From Minisyncoccia bacterium (GTDB lineage Bacteria > Patescibacteriota > Minisyncoccia > Phycocordibacterales > UBA9973): a stretch of 64,000 nt of DNA. The notes under the pieces are model-generated. The model saw nothing but the letters and a program-made list of their open reading frames with translations. It was not told where the DNA came from and did not search any database. Positions 20,851-31,419 of this stretch are shown one piece after another (the stretch's first letter is position 1; every line of letters begins with the position of its first letter). The DNA lies in contig JBAQNN010000002.1 of NCBI GenBank assembly GCA_049303835.1, positions 9,248 to 73,247 on the forward strand, written 5' to 3'. The position numbers and the translations under genes are program-made.

Positions 20851-21999
20851 TTATATTTCATCAATTGCCTGCCCTGCTAGATTTTCCGCATCATCAGCCA
20901 GATCTTTGGCATCCTCATAGTTGTCGTCATCAAATTCGTTTTGAGCATCTTCTAGTTTGTCTTTGGCGTCATTGAGCAAGTCCTCAGCGTCACTGACATC
21001 TTCTCCATCATCGTCCGCTTCATTGATTTGTTCTTCTGCATCATCTATGGCACTCTCTGCATCATCTATGGCGTCTTCGGCATCATTTTTTTCATTTTCG
21101 TCGCCGATAGCATCCACGGCATCGTCCGCTAGATCGGAAGCTTCATCAGCCAACTCTATCGCTTCCTCAAAATTTTCTTCGTCAAAAGCTTCTTCCGCTT
21201 GATCTAACTTATCGTTTGCTTCATCTAAAATATTTTCTGCCTCTTTTGTATTCTCGCCATCTTCATCCGCATTTTCTATTTTATTTTCAGCATTTTTTAT
21301 ATCCTTTCTGGCCTCGTCTATCACATCATCTGCCTCCCCTTCGTCTGATTCTCCTCCGGCATCTTCGTAAGCATCTTCAGCATTCTTAAGAGAATCATCT
21401 GCCGATTCAAAAGCCTCAACGAAGTCCTTATCGCGGAAAAGAGAAGAAATAGCTTCAAATAAATACTCCTTGGCATCCTCAATATTATTATCAGCTGCTG
21501 TGGTATCTCCATCAAAATCATCAATTTCGTCATCTGCTTTATCTATCATATCCAAGGCTTCTTTGATTTTATTTATAGCCTTTAGCTCTTCGCTGGTCGT
21601 GCCCTTGGATGTATTTATCGTACTTGGTGCACTCGGAGCACTTGGAGTAGCGGGAATTGCCGGAGTGGACACAGAGCTGGTTAGCATTTTATATTTTGTT
21701 CTTGAGATAGCTCCGAAGTATCCTTTGGCTGGGCTTATGCCGTTTGCTTGTTGCCAAAGAACAAGAGCGTTCTCAGTTTTTTGTTTAAAAGTGTCTGTCT
21801 CTTTACCCACAGAACCAGCCCCAGATGAAGAAATTACATAACCAGAATTATTTAAATACTGTTGGAGACAACGTACGTCCTCCCCCGTAGAACCAAATTC
21901 CAAATCCCTAGTAAAATCGCACGCACCCGTGGCGTTCGCAGACAGAGCGATAAAAAATGACGCGAAGACAAGGGAAAATTTTAATATTTTTGTTTTCAT
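20851..21999 (-). CDS. Secreted peptidoglycan-binding protein with a long acidic (D/E-rich) degenerate-repeat C-terminal region
   Basis: Signal peptide, then a PG_binding_1-like segment (GEDVRCLQQYLNNSGY..), then ~250 aa of DAEDAIDDAESAIDDAEEQINEADDDGED-type repeats. Confidence 0.6.
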   Translation of the reverse strand: MKTKILKFSLVFASFFIALSANATGACDFTRDLEFGSTGEDVRCLQQYLNNSGYVISSSGAGSVGKETDTFKQKTENALVLWQQANGISPAKGYFGAISRTKYKMLTSSVSTPAIPATPSAPSAPSTINTSKGTTSEELKAINKIKEALDMIDKADDEIDDFDGDTTAADNNIEDAKEYLFEAISSLFRDKDFVEAFESADDSLKNAEDAYEDAGGESDEGEADDVIDEARKDIKNAENKIENADEDGENTKEAENILDEANDKLDQAEEAFDEENFEEAIELADEASDLADDAVDAIGDENEKNDAEDAIDDAESAIDDAEEQINEADDDGEDVSDAEDLLNDAKDKLEDAQNEFDDDNYEDAKDLADDAENLAGQAIDEI

Positions 22000-22031
22000 A
22001 TATTTAATAAAATTGATTTATAAACTCAAAC

Positions 22032-22340
22032 CTACTTTAATTTACTCTTTAATTTTTTAGCAAAAGCTTTTATATCTTTTTCATGAATTTTATATTGCTT
22101 AGCGTAATTAGCAGAAACAGTATCTACTACCTTATGATAAACTGGTGCAGTTTTGGTCTTGGCCTTCTTGATCTCTTCTGTTACCTCTTTTTTTATTTTT
22201 GCCATTAGCGTAGTCGCTTGTTTTTGATGTGCTTTAGCCTTAGGTCCAAATAGATAAAAAGCTCCTGCTGCAAGTGTCGCTACTCCGGCCCCTATCGCCA
22301 CCTTCTTAGCTCCTGACATTTTTTTATTATTTTTTTTCAT
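22032..22340 (-). CDS. Small lysine-rich basic protein with an N-terminal hydrophobic segment
   Basis: 102-aa ORF, KKxxK repeats. Confidence 0.35.
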   Translation of the reverse strand: MKKNNKKMSGAKKVAIGAGVATLAAGAFYLFGPKAKAHQKQATTLMAKIKKEVTEEIKKAKTKTAPVYHKVVDTVSANYAKQYKIHEKDIKAFAKKLKSKLK

Positions 22341-22381
22341 ATAGTTTTTATATTATTTATTTTTAAATTTCTAATAATTTT

Positions 22382-22669
22382 CTACTCTTTGTGATGTTTT
22401 TTCTTTTTTCTGAAAAGGAAACCGAACACAGCGCTATCTCTTATATCTTCAAGCATCTCTTTGGTTGTGTCTCCCATACTCTCTATATCATCTCCTACTT
22501 GGTCAAGAATTTTTGAAAATGTTTTCGTCGCACGGATAAGATAAAATAAAAAAACGGCGGTCAAAATCCACAAAACCACAAAACCAACCGAAGAGATAAA
22601 GAAGAAAACTTGCGATTGTAATAAAGTATCCATATTTTCCATTGTATTACAATTAGTTATATAATTCAA
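22382..22669 (-). CDS. Small membrane protein (the start may be the internal MENMDTLL)
   Basis: One TM helix FFISSVGFVVLWILTAVFLFYLI. Confidence 0.35.
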   Translation of the reverse strand: MNYITNCNTMENMDTLLQSQVFFFISSVGFVVLWILTAVFLFYLIRATKTFSKILDQVGDDIESMGDTTKEMLEDIRDSAVFGFLFRKKKKHHKE

Positions 22670-22671
22670 AC

Positions 22672-24834
22672 ATGAATTTAAGCGACAACATAGAAGAGAA
22701 ATTCCGCCTGGACATAAATCAGAAAAAAGCCTTACGTAGGCTAAAGATTTTTTCTATTGCTGACTTACTTTTTCACTTTCCCGTGCGATATAGCGATATA
22801 AGCGAAGTAAAGAAGATTGCGGAATTGATCCCGGGAGACATGGCGACAATTTATGGAAAAGTTTCAAAACTAAAAACTAAAAAAGGTTTTCATTCTCATA
22901 TTCCAATGGCCGAGGGAGAAATTGAAGATTTGTCGGGAAAAATAAAAATAATTTGGTTTAATCAAGCTTACTTGGCTAAGATGCTAAAAAATGGGGAAAA
23001 TGTAAAGCTAACCGGTAAAATTGCAAGCGGGAAACAAGGCATTTATCTGACGAACCCGGAATTTGAAAAAATTCCAGACATGCCGATAGATTTACACGAC
23101 ACCCTTTTTAAAAAAGAAAATATGCCCAACGACGGCTTCTCTTACCCGATATACGCCGAGACGAGAGGCATAACCTCTAAATGGTTTTACCATGCCATAG
23201 AAAAAGTATTCAAGGAGAAGACGCTGGATGATATAGCAGATAGTATCCCGGAAGAAATTTTAAAAAAGTATCACCTACCCGCGTTAAAAACAGCCCTGGT
23301 CTGGGTTCATAAACCAAAGAATAAAAACAACGCCGAGAGCGCCAGGAAAAGATTTGCTTTTGAAGAAGTATTTTGTATCCAACTAGAACGACAGCACGAT
23401 AAGTTTGAATACAGAAAAAATAAATCTTTCCAGATTAAAGCCGACAAAAAAGATACAAAAACATTCGTAGAACGTTTCCCTTTTAAACCCACACAATCAC
23501 AAGAAAAATCCATCAAAACAATACTGGAAGATATGGCAAGAACTTTTCCAATGTCTAGGTTGCTTGAAGGAGACGTGGGTTCGGGAAAAACTGCAGTAGC
23601 AGCCACAGCAAGTTATGTGGCGGTGAGACAACGTCCAAACGGACAGAGCTTCGGCAATTTGCAGGTAGCCTATATGGCACCGACCGAAATCTTGGCCACC
23701 CAGCACTTTGAATCTTTTATAAAATATTTTGAATATTTACCTATAAACATAGGACTTATAACTGGCTCAGGCTGTAGAAAGTTTCCATCTAAAACAAATC
23801 CCAATTCCTGGACAACCATTTCTCGCTCCCAACTCCTAAAATGGGTGGCGAATGGAGAAATACCGATTTTAATTGGCACTCACGCGCTTATTCAAAAAAC
23901 GGTAAAGTTCAAAAATCTAGCTCTGGTGGTGATAGATGAACAGCACAGATTTGGCACGGCACAAAGAAGAAAATTGGTACGCAAGGACAACGTCGCCCCA
24001 CACTTGCTCTCTATGACCGCTACCCCCATCCCCCGCACCTTGGCACTCACTATCTATGGAGATTTGGATTTGTCTCTTTTAGATGAAATGCCAGTGGGCA
24101 GAAAACAAATAATTACGGAGATTATCACTCCAAACAAAAGAAAAGAAACTTACGAAGAAATTCGCAAAGAACTAAAGAATGGCAGGCAGCTTTACGTCAT
24201 CTGTCCAAGAATTTTTGAACCTGATCCGGAAAAGGAATTGGCGCTCAACGTGAAATCAGCGGTAGCCGAGGCGACACGTTTAAAAAAAGAAGTATTCCAG
24301 GAATATGAGATAGGGGTACTCCACAGCAAAATGAGCAAAGAGAAAAAAGAAAAGGTGATGCAAGATTTTACCGAAAACAAAATAAACATCCTCTGTGCCA
24401 CAAGTGTAGTAGAAGTCGGAGTGAATGTGCCAAATGCGACCATCATCATCATTGAAGGAGCGGAACGTTTTGGCCTCGCTCAGCTTCACCAACTTCGTGG
24501 CCGCGTCATCAGGAGCACCCATCAAGCATATTGTTATATTTTTGCTGAAGCTAAAAGCGAAAAAACCGTGGAACGATTAGAGGCGCTCAAAACAGCCAAG
24601 AATGGTTTTGAATTAGCCGAACTAGACCTTGCCCTTCGGGGAGCAGGAGAACTCGGAGGAACAAAACAATGGGGCATCACCGACCTCGGAATGGAAGCGA
24701 TAAAAAATATAAAAATGGTAGAAGCCGCCCGCGCTGAAGCAGTCCGCCTCATAGAAGAAGACCCAGAACTTTCAAAATATCCCCTGCTCAAACAAAAAGT
24801 CCGCGAAAAAGCCGGAGAGTTTCATTTTGAATAA
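22672..24834 (+). CDS. recG: ATP-dependent DNA helicase RecG
   Basis: Wedge-domain N-terminus, helicase motifs EGDVGSGKT, VVIDEQHRFG and QLRGRV. 720 aa. Confidence 0.85.
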   Translation: MNLSDNIEEKFRLDINQKKALRRLKIFSIADLLFHFPVRYSDISEVKKIAELIPGDMATIYGKVSKLKTKKGFHSHIPMAEGEIEDLSGKIKIIWFNQAYLAKMLKNGENVKLTGKIASGKQGIYLTNPEFEKIPDMPIDLHDTLFKKENMPNDGFSYPIYAETRGITSKWFYHAIEKVFKEKTLDDIADSIPEEILKKYHLPALKTALVWVHKPKNKNNAESARKRFAFEEVFCIQLERQHDKFEYRKNKSFQIKADKKDTKTFVERFPFKPTQSQEKSIKTILEDMARTFPMSRLLEGDVGSGKTAVAATASYVAVRQRPNGQSFGNLQVAYMAPTEILATQHFESFIKYFEYLPINIGLITGSGCRKFPSKTNPNSWTTISRSQLLKWVANGEIPILIGTHALIQKTVKFKNLALVVIDEQHRFGTAQRRKLVRKDNVAPHLLSMTATPIPRTLALTIYGDLDLSLLDEMPVGRKQIITEIITPNKRKETYEEIRKELKNGRQLYVICPRIFEPDPEKELALNVKSAVAEATRLKKEVFQEYEIGVLHSKMSKEKKEKVMQDFTENKINILCATSVVEVGVNVPNATIIIIEGAERFGLAQLHQLRGRVIRSTHQAYCYIFAEAKSEKTVERLEALKTAKNGFELAELDLALRGAGELGGTKQWGITDLGMEAIKNIKMVEAARAEAVRLIEEDPELSKYPLLKQKVREKAGEFHFE

Positions 24835-24847
24835 TTATTTATTTCTG

Positions 24848-25405
24848 TTATTTATAGTCCGGTTTTAATTCTTCCACTCCTTCTTGGTGACTAGAAATTC
24901 TGGCAAGCGCATAGAGCAAACTGGAAAGTCTATTCAAATAAGCCAGGGTATCATCACTCACTTTTACTTTTCCTTCTTCCTTGGCGGCGATGACTCTCCT
25001 CTCCGCTTTTCTGATCAAAGTACGAGCAAAATCAAAAATTGCACCAGTTTCTGTCGCGCCACTTATAAAAAAACTTTTAATCGGTGGTAAAACTTTTTCA
25101 ATTCCATCCACAATATTTTCAACCTTAGTAATTTTTTCTTTTGTAATAGCAAGGGTAGATCCCGCCACTTCGGCCTGAACGATAAACAAATTTTGTTGAA
25201 TTTCCAAAATAATTTTGGAAAATTTCATCCCTGTGCCGGCAATTTCAAAACTCATCCCTTCGGTCTTGGCGCGCACCAAACCTAAAAAAGAGTTGGTCTC
25301 ATCCAAAACCCCCAGGGCCTCCGCCACGATAGAACTCTTGGAAATACGCTGATCGCAACCAAAAGTCTTAGTAGTGCCATTGTCCCCCTTTCTGGTATAG
25401 AGCAT
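24848..25405 (-). CDS. ATP:cob(I)alamin adenosyltransferase, PduO type
   Basis: N-terminal LYTRKGDNGTT, the PduO/MMAB signature. 185 aa. Confidence 0.8.
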   Translation of the reverse strand: MLYTRKGDNGTTKTFGCDQRISKSSIVAEALGVLDETNSFLGLVRAKTEGMSFEIAGTGMKFSKIILEIQQNLFIVQAEVAGSTLAITKEKITKVENIVDGIEKVLPPIKSFFISGATETGAIFDFARTLIRKAERRVIAAKEEGKVKVSDDTLAYLNRLSSLLYALARISSHQEGVEELKPDYK

Positions 25406-25427
25406 AACTAGATTATCTCACAAATTG

Positions 25428-27722
25428 CTATATTTCACAGACACCAGAGACACAAGCAAATTCTTTTGCCCCAGTGGTATTATCGGCGGCTTCGTATTGA
25501 GAAAGCTTAGAGAAATCTATCTTGCCGATAGCTTTTGTCCTTTTTTCGTATTCTTCTTTCGTAATTTCCTGATATGGGGCAAGTTGATAAACATGGTTTG
25601 AACGTGGGAGGAATGAAAGCCCGCCAATCCAATCCCAATTTTCATAAACGAAATTTCCAACCGAAAGCCACTCTTCTGGACCGACATAAATAGTCGCCGA
25701 TGGGTTGTGTTCCACAAAATGTTCTTTTAATCTTTTCCACTCTTTGAGTAGATCCAAGGCAGAAACTTCATCTTTGAATATCGCTCCCTCGGGTGCTTTT
25801 ACCGGAAACTCCAAAACAAAAGTAGTTGCAGTGGCTTCGGATTGTCCTACTTCCGGAAGACAAGGCACGCCTTGATCTCTCGCCATTTTAAGCAAGGTAT
25901 CGGTATGAGAAATACGGACCCGACGGATGAAATAAGGGGCGTACCAAGGATGCATACCAGAACCGACGCCAAGGAGCTGTCCGGAATTACCATGAGGCTT
26001 TACGCAAGTGATAGCGGTAGATTGATTAATTCCAAAACGCTTGGCATATTTTTTATTTGTTTCAATAGCATCAAGTCTCAAAGTGTCTAAAACTTTGTCA
26101 TTGCGGATAGTAGTGTTGTCATAATACCCAGTAAGCGATACTCCGAGCAATCTTTCCTCTTCGCAGTTGTCCTTCCATTTTTTAGAAAGATAACCGAAGT
26201 TGGTCAAAGTAGATTGGTAAGTTCCAAGCAAAGTAGCGAGCTCCATTTTTTTCTTTAGGGATGCGACTGTGTCTTTTGGACGTATCACGATACTGGTCAA
26301 ATTACAAAACTGCCTGGAGCGTAGATAAATTTCTCCGCAAGGATTTAGCCCTATTTGCTTTTCGTCTTTGATCGCTTCCCATCTACGAGCCGGTAATTGT
26401 TTTTCCAGTCCACCCCTGTTAAAAATTCCACGTTCACCTGATTTGGATTTTACCAGAGAAGTCCATTCATTTAGAAATTCTTCTGCACTCGGCTTCGTAT
26501 TAAAAACCGCCGAATTGTTTGCCATACTGCGTTGTCCTTCAGTCAAATAAAATTGTCCTTTCTTGGCATCTCGCATTTCTGTATCTTCAAGCTCCGAGAG
26601 AGAGATGAGGGCACTGCGACGCACTCCACCTGCTACTACGATCATCCCTATCTGACAAATAATATCGTGCATATCTAAATTTGAAAGACGGCGTCCTTGT
26701 TTTGCTAAAATCTTGCGCCTGGAAAATTCCATCAAATCTATCAAGGGCTGTGGTCCGGAAGCTCTTCCTCCCGCGGTTTCCAAACGCGCCCCAGCCGGAC
26801 GAATTGCTGAATAATCAAATTTAATATCTCTACCATCAAACCAAGTATCTAAGCCCAAGACAAAAGCATCGGCCCAGCCCTCTTTACTGTCCACAACGAG
26901 ATGGGTAGGTATTTTTTCTTTAACTTGTTTTTTAATTTGTGGAAATTGTTGAACATTTTCCCACTCAACAGCGAAACCAAGCCCAGCTCCACACATAAGG
27001 ATGTACATTATTTCTCCTAAATCTCGAGTGGTCGTAGGAGCTACATAAGAACAGTTATAAGCCCAAACATTTGACTGTCTACAAGCCTTGCCCGCAGACC
27101 ACAACAGGCGCATAGAAGGACAAATATCTTGATTTAAGATAGCTTCGCGAACTTCTCCGTATTCTTTAGCAGAAAGCTTATCCCCTAGGTTTTCCTTCAT
27201 ATAAGCCATATAGCGATCAATGGTCTCTACCCATGTCTCACGACGGCCCAACTCTGGAATCCACCTGGAATACATTTGATAAAATATATACTCCGAATAA
27301 GCGCTCCCAAAATACTTACTGGATTCTTCCACCGCCAATCTTGTTTCTTCGGGCACTGGACCAAACTCGGCTCGGAGTTCTGAACGTTTGTTTCTATAAA
27401 GAATATATTTTTTGGCAGTTTCGGCAAAACCGTTTTTCATTAATTCTTTTTCTACCAAATCTTGCACCATTTCTACGGTCGGTAAAAATTTTGCTCCTTT
27501 GTTTTTGCTTACCAACTCATTTCTAAGACCGAGAAGAGTTTTAAAAACTCGTTTTGCTACTTCTTGTGAATCTTCTTCCCCACCCTCTCCAGAGACTTCA
27601 AAAGCTTTAAAAATGGCACGGGCAACTCTTTCCAACTCAAAAGCCACAACTTCTCCGGTTCTCCTTCGGATTGATTTTATTTTTGCCAATTCGCTTTTTA
27701 AAATTTTTTCTGTTTTTTTCAT
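25428..27722 (-). CDS. nrdJ: Adenosylcobalamin-dependent (class II) ribonucleotide reductase
   Basis: Active-site motif NPCGEI, C-terminal redox cysteines CVSGVCEI, 764 aa. Confidence 0.85.
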   Translation of the reverse strand: MKKTEKILKSELAKIKSIRRRTGEVVAFELERVARAIFKAFEVSGEGGEEDSQEVAKRVFKTLLGLRNELVSKNKGAKFLPTVEMVQDLVEKELMKNGFAETAKKYILYRNKRSELRAEFGPVPEETRLAVEESSKYFGSAYSEYIFYQMYSRWIPELGRRETWVETIDRYMAYMKENLGDKLSAKEYGEVREAILNQDICPSMRLLWSAGKACRQSNVWAYNCSYVAPTTTRDLGEIMYILMCGAGLGFAVEWENVQQFPQIKKQVKEKIPTHLVVDSKEGWADAFVLGLDTWFDGRDIKFDYSAIRPAGARLETAGGRASGPQPLIDLMEFSRRKILAKQGRRLSNLDMHDIICQIGMIVVAGGVRRSALISLSELEDTEMRDAKKGQFYLTEGQRSMANNSAVFNTKPSAEEFLNEWTSLVKSKSGERGIFNRGGLEKQLPARRWEAIKDEKQIGLNPCGEIYLRSRQFCNLTSIVIRPKDTVASLKKKMELATLLGTYQSTLTNFGYLSKKWKDNCEEERLLGVSLTGYYDNTTIRNDKVLDTLRLDAIETNKKYAKRFGINQSTAITCVKPHGNSGQLLGVGSGMHPWYAPYFIRRVRISHTDTLLKMARDQGVPCLPEVGQSEATATTFVLEFPVKAPEGAIFKDEVSALDLLKEWKRLKEHFVEHNPSATIYVGPEEWLSVGNFVYENWDWIGGLSFLPRSNHVYQLAPYQEITKEEYEKRTKAIGKIDFSKLSQYEAADNTTGAKEFACVSGVCEI

Positions 27723-27727
27723 AAAAT

Positions 27728-28294
27728 TTATATTGTCTTTGGGTTAGGGGTGTTAATAATGGAAACGAAGTTTTCTCTCGCCACGGCGGGTAAGTTTTTC
27801 TTTTTCCTAATCATAAAATGATAAATCGCGGGAGATAAAATGAGCGCAAAAATTATATTGCCGAGTAGATGAAATGCCGTAAATGGAATCTGTCCCAAGA
27901 GTGACCCCATAAATGATTGATTAAAAAACAACGGACCGACGGTAAGACCAGTCAATGCATCAAAAACTAAGGTTCCCATGATAGTGAAACGAACATAATC
28001 AAGAGTTTTTCCTTCACGTTTCTTAAAATAACTCACTGACCAGAGCGCGATTAACCCATAAGCAAGAGTAGTAAACAAAGTCTGCACTCCGAGGGTGCCG
28101 GTAATAACATCAAAAAGTAGAATACTTAAAACGGCAAAAGAAAATCCTACGAATGCGCCACTTGCCCGTCCTATCGGCATGGTCGCCGCCAAAATCGGCT
28201 CAACATTGGGCACACGAAAAGGAATTAACCGCGCCAAAAGACATAAGATGAGGACGAGAAGAATCTTTGGATATTTTTTTTTATCTGTCATCAT
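27728..28294 (-). CDS. Polytopic membrane protein, possibly an ECF-type transporter S component (speculatively cobalamin-related)
   Basis: Five to six predicted TM helices. Start moved to MMTDKKKY, because the longer ORF overlaps the tRNA at 28469-28542. Confidence 0.35.
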   Translation of the reverse strand: MMTDKKKYPKILLVLILCLLARLIPFRVPNVEPILAATMPIGRASGAFVGFSFAVLSILLFDVITGTLGVQTLFTTLAYGLIALWSVSYFKKREGKTLDYVRFTIMGTLVFDALTGLTVGPLFFNQSFMGSLLGQIPFTAFHLLGNIIFALILSPAIYHFMIRKKKNLPAVARENFVSIINTPNPKTI

Positions 28295-28468
28295 GTGTGA
28301 GTCATTATACATGAATTTGGCAAAAAATGACCAGTACTTTTCACCAATTTTGACAAAAGAAAACACTAAAAAAAAGAAGACAAGAGCTAGGCGCTCCGAC
28401 CGAGTATTTGTAAGCTCAAAAGACGACAGTCCTTGAAATAAATTCAACCAGGTATAAACTAATTTTTG

Positions 28469-28542
28469 TCCGCGTGCCACGATTCGAACGTGGGACCCTC
28501 GAGGTATAAGCTCGATGCTCTAACCAACTGAGCTACACGCGG
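28469..28542 (-). tRNA. tRNA-Ile (anticodon TAT), 74 nt, class I
   Basis: Acceptor CCGCGTG/CACGCGG, D-arm GCTC-AGTTGGTTA-GAGC, anticodon arm TCGAG-CTTATAC-CTCGA, T-arm CCACG-TTCGAAT-CGTGG. CCA not encoded. Confidence 0.65.
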
Positions 28543-28608
28543 ATATCTTCATAAAAACAACCAACATAAGAAGATTATCTTATTTTTAGTGGAAAAACAA
28601 CAAGAAAA

Positions 28609-30534
28609 TTAGTTTATTATTTCAGACAAAACTACCACCTCCTTTTTCTTTAATTCTATTCCGTGGGATGTAAGTATCTTTTCATATTCTTCTTGCTCCA
28701 AAGTCTCTACTTCTATCAATTTTTTAGCTATAGCGGTAAACGCCTTCTGGTTTTCAATCAAAACTTTCTCCGCGGACTTTAATCCATCATTTATGATCCT
28801 GGAAACTTCCGCATCTACTTTAGTAGAAACCGTCTCAGAAAATTCTTTTTCTGCTATTTCTCCAAATTGTGATCTACCCCCAGAGTCTACCAAGGCTATT
28901 GGACCGATAACATCGGACATGCCCCATCTCGTGACCATGGCACGTGCCAAATTTGAAGCTACTTGCAAGTCACTAGATGGCCCAGTCGTAATATCTCCGA
29001 AAATCATTTTCTCCGCGACATACCCACCTAGAGACATCGCTATGTCGTCAATAAATTCTTTTTTAGATTGCAGACGTCTTTCTTCAAGTGGTAATTTCAA
29101 AGTGTATCCTCCAGCATTACCACGAGCGATGATGGAAACTTTATGCACCGGATCCGCATGTGGAAGAACAGATGCCACGATAGCGTGCCCAGCTTCGTGA
29201 TAAGCAGTAATCTCTTTTTCTTTTTTAGAAAGTAAGTGACTTTTCCTTTCGGGTCCGAGCATCACTTTCTCAATAGCGCGAATCAAATCAAACTGAAAAA
29301 CTTTTTTACGATTCTCGCGCGCCGCCAAGATGGCTCCCTCGTTCATCAGCGAATACAAATCCGCACCGGAGAAACCGGGAGTGCGCTCGGCAATTAATTT
29401 TAGATTAATATCTTCTGCAAGCGGTTTCTTCACTGCGTGAATTTTCAATATTTCCTCGCGGTCTGCACGATCAGGCAAATCAAGAATTACTTTTCGGTCA
29501 AAACGTCCGGGACGGACGAGTGCCGGATCAAGCACATCTGGTCTGTTGGTCGCCGCCATCACTATGACCTTGTCATTCGGCTCAAAACCATCCATTTCCA
29601 CCAATATTTGGTTTAATGTCTGCTCTCTTTCATCATTTCCACCTCCAAATCCCCCACCACGAGTGCGCCCGATGGCGTCTATTTCGTCCACAAAGATTAT
29701 AGCTGGCGCTGCTTTTTTCGCCATTTTAAAAAGATCACGCACACGGCTAGCTCCTACCCCCACGAACATCTCTACGAATTCAGAACCTGATAAATGAAAA
29801 AACGGCACGGAAGCCTCCCCCGCTACTGCTCGCGCGAGTAAAGTCTTGCCTGTCCCTGGAGCACCTGTCAGCATGACGCCCTTCGGAATTCTCGCCCCAA
29901 TGTCTAAAAACTTTTTCGGGCTTTTCAAAAAATCCACGATTTCCTTCAATTCTTCTTTCGCTTCTTTGCATCCGGCTACATCCTTAAATGTCACTCTGTT
30001 GTTTTTATCATTCGGATCGGTAATGCGCGCTTTGGATTGTCCGAAAGTAAACGCTTGCATCCCCGCGCCTTTCACTTGTCTAGACAAATACCAAAAGAAA
30101 ATCAAAATGAAAGTGATTGGTAAGAGAAATGGCAAAATATTTGTGAGCCAAAACATAAATCCACTTTCATTTTTTATTTCTATTTTTGTCTTAGCCAATG
30201 CCTCACTCGTCACTCCATAATTGAAAAGAGTTTGAGAGAGAGCCGAGCCGACTTCTTTTTTGGTAGTTTTAATTTCATCGTTTCCATAAGTGATTGTGAG
30301 TTTGTCGCCTTCTACTAAAATATTTTTTACTTCCCCAGCTTGCACACTCTTGGCCAAATCAGAGATAGCTACTTCTGGAATTACTTTTCCGTCACCGGAG
30401 ACTAGTAAATACAAGCCGGTGATAAATATGAAAAATAAAATCGCCCCAGTGACGCTCCCGCCCCACTTTACTGGTTTTTGGTTCTTTTTGCCCTTGCCTT
30501 GCGGTTCTTTTTGATTTAGAAAATTGAAATCCAT
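28609..30534 (-). CDS. ftsH: ATP-dependent zinc metalloprotease FtsH
   Basis: Two N-terminal TM segments, AAA Walker [19 protein letters not shown], zinc motif HEAGHA. Confidence 0.9.
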   Translation of the reverse strand: MDFNFLNQKEPQGKGKKNQKPVKWGGSVTGAILFFIFITGLYLLVSGDGKVIPEVAISDLAKSVQAGEVKNILVEGDKLTITYGNDEIKTTKKEVGSALSQTLFNYGVTSEALAKTKIEIKNESGFMFWLTNILPFLLPITFILIFFWYLSRQVKGAGMQAFTFGQSKARITDPNDKNNRVTFKDVAGCKEAKEELKEIVDFLKSPKKFLDIGARIPKGVMLTGAPGTGKTLLARAVAGEASVPFFHLSGSEFVEMFVGVGASRVRDLFKMAKKAAPAIIFVDEIDAIGRTRGGGFGGGNDEREQTLNQILVEMDGFEPNDKVIVMAATNRPDVLDPALVRPGRFDRKVILDLPDRADREEILKIHAVKKPLAEDINLKLIAERTPGFSGADLYSLMNEGAILAARENRKKVFQFDLIRAIEKVMLGPERKSHLLSKKEKEITAYHEAGHAIVASVLPHADPVHKVSIIARGNAGGYTLKLPLEERRLQSKKEFIDDIAMSLGGYVAEKMIFGDITTGPSSDLQVASNLARAMVTRWGMSDVIGPIALVDSGGRSQFGEIAEKEFSETVSTKVDAEVSRIINDGLKSAEKVLIENQKAFTAIAKKLIEVETLEQEEYEKILTSHGIELKKKEVVVLSEIIN

Positions 30535-30588
30535 CTCGTTATGTTAACACAAAAATGATGAAAAGTGAAATTATAATCTGGAGAAAAT

Positions 30589-31077
30589 TTAATATGGATT
30601 GCAGATGCAATAATAAGTTGAAGATATTGTGGTGTCACACCAATTGCCGGTACTGAAAGGTCTGCAGGTTCCAGCGTAAGCTGCTGTCTGAGCCGGAAAT
30701 GCCTCAAGGGTAGTCACCAGAAGTCCGCCTATTGCTCCCCCATAATTATAATAATTGTAGGCATGATTGGCGGGAGGAACGGGAACTTGAGCTAAAAATT
30801 TTTCTGTCACAAGTTGTCCCGCCATGCTGTTGAAATTATCTACCCACATATTTGTCATAACCGGAGTTTCGTTTGGATATCTACCATATTTGTCATAATA
30901 CAGAATTAAAGCTTGTTGAAGTGAGTGGAATACTGCTTTTGCTTGGGCATCTCGCGCTTTTGCCCGTGCCGTGTTTAAACTTGATAAAACGACACTTGAT
31001 AACAAGCCAATAATAGCCACCACTACCAGAAGTTCTATAAGGGTAAATCCTTGTAAAAATTTCTTTGTATTATTCAT
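30589..31077 (-). CDS. Type IV pilin-like protein
   Basis: QGFTLIELLVVVAIIGLLSSVVLSSLNTARAKARDAQAK. Start taken at MNNTKKF. Confidence 0.7.
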   Translation of the reverse strand: MNNTKKFLQGFTLIELLVVVAIIGLLSSVVLSSLNTARAKARDAQAKAVFHSLQQALILYYDKYGRYPNETPVMTNMWVDNFNSMAGQLVTEKFLAQVPVPPANHAYNYYNYGGAIGGLLVTTLEAFPAQTAAYAGTCRPFSTGNWCDTTISSTYYCICNPY

Positions 31078-31393
31078 TGAATTGAATAAATTGACTTTGA
31101 TCAATATTTTGGATATCTATAGGTATTGATGTCGTCGTTGACCCGCCAAACACCAAATATATTGATATACCCATCGCCATCACAACAAACCCCAAAAGAA
31201 CATACTCTGCCTGTTTTTGTTCTTTGATCGCGCCTCCGGACCATTTCATCACTAGTTCTACTATCTTTGGCGTAGTTGATTCTTTGTAGAATTTCACCGC
31301 TTCATAAGAAGGAGCCGGCTCAGACTGTTTTTCAAACTCTTTCAGAGCTTGCACTATTTCTGTATTGCCTTCTGTTTTAATTTCCTCGTTCAC
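31070..31393 (-). CDS. Small single-TM protein, paralog A of a pilin-associated family
   Basis: Shares the conserved block MKWSGGAIKEQKQAEYVLL plus a TM helix with ORF 31972..32307. Confidence 0.4.
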   Translation of the reverse strand: MNEEIKTEGNTEIVQALKEFEKQSEPAPSYEAVKFYKESTTPKIVELVMKWSGGAIKEQKQAEYVLLGFVVMAMGISIYLVFGGSTTTSIPIDIQNIDQSQFIQFNE

Positions 31394-31419
31394 AACGATA
31401 TTATACCCCTAACTTTTTA

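Noticed and set aside
20957-21841. Plus-strand Ser/Ala-rich ORFs (20957..21202, 21470..21841)
   Set aside because: Mirror-image artefacts of the acidic D/E-repeat gene on the minus strand.
27728-28480. Longer membrane-protein ORF starting at 28480
   Set aside because: It would overlap the tRNA-Ile gene at 28469-28542.
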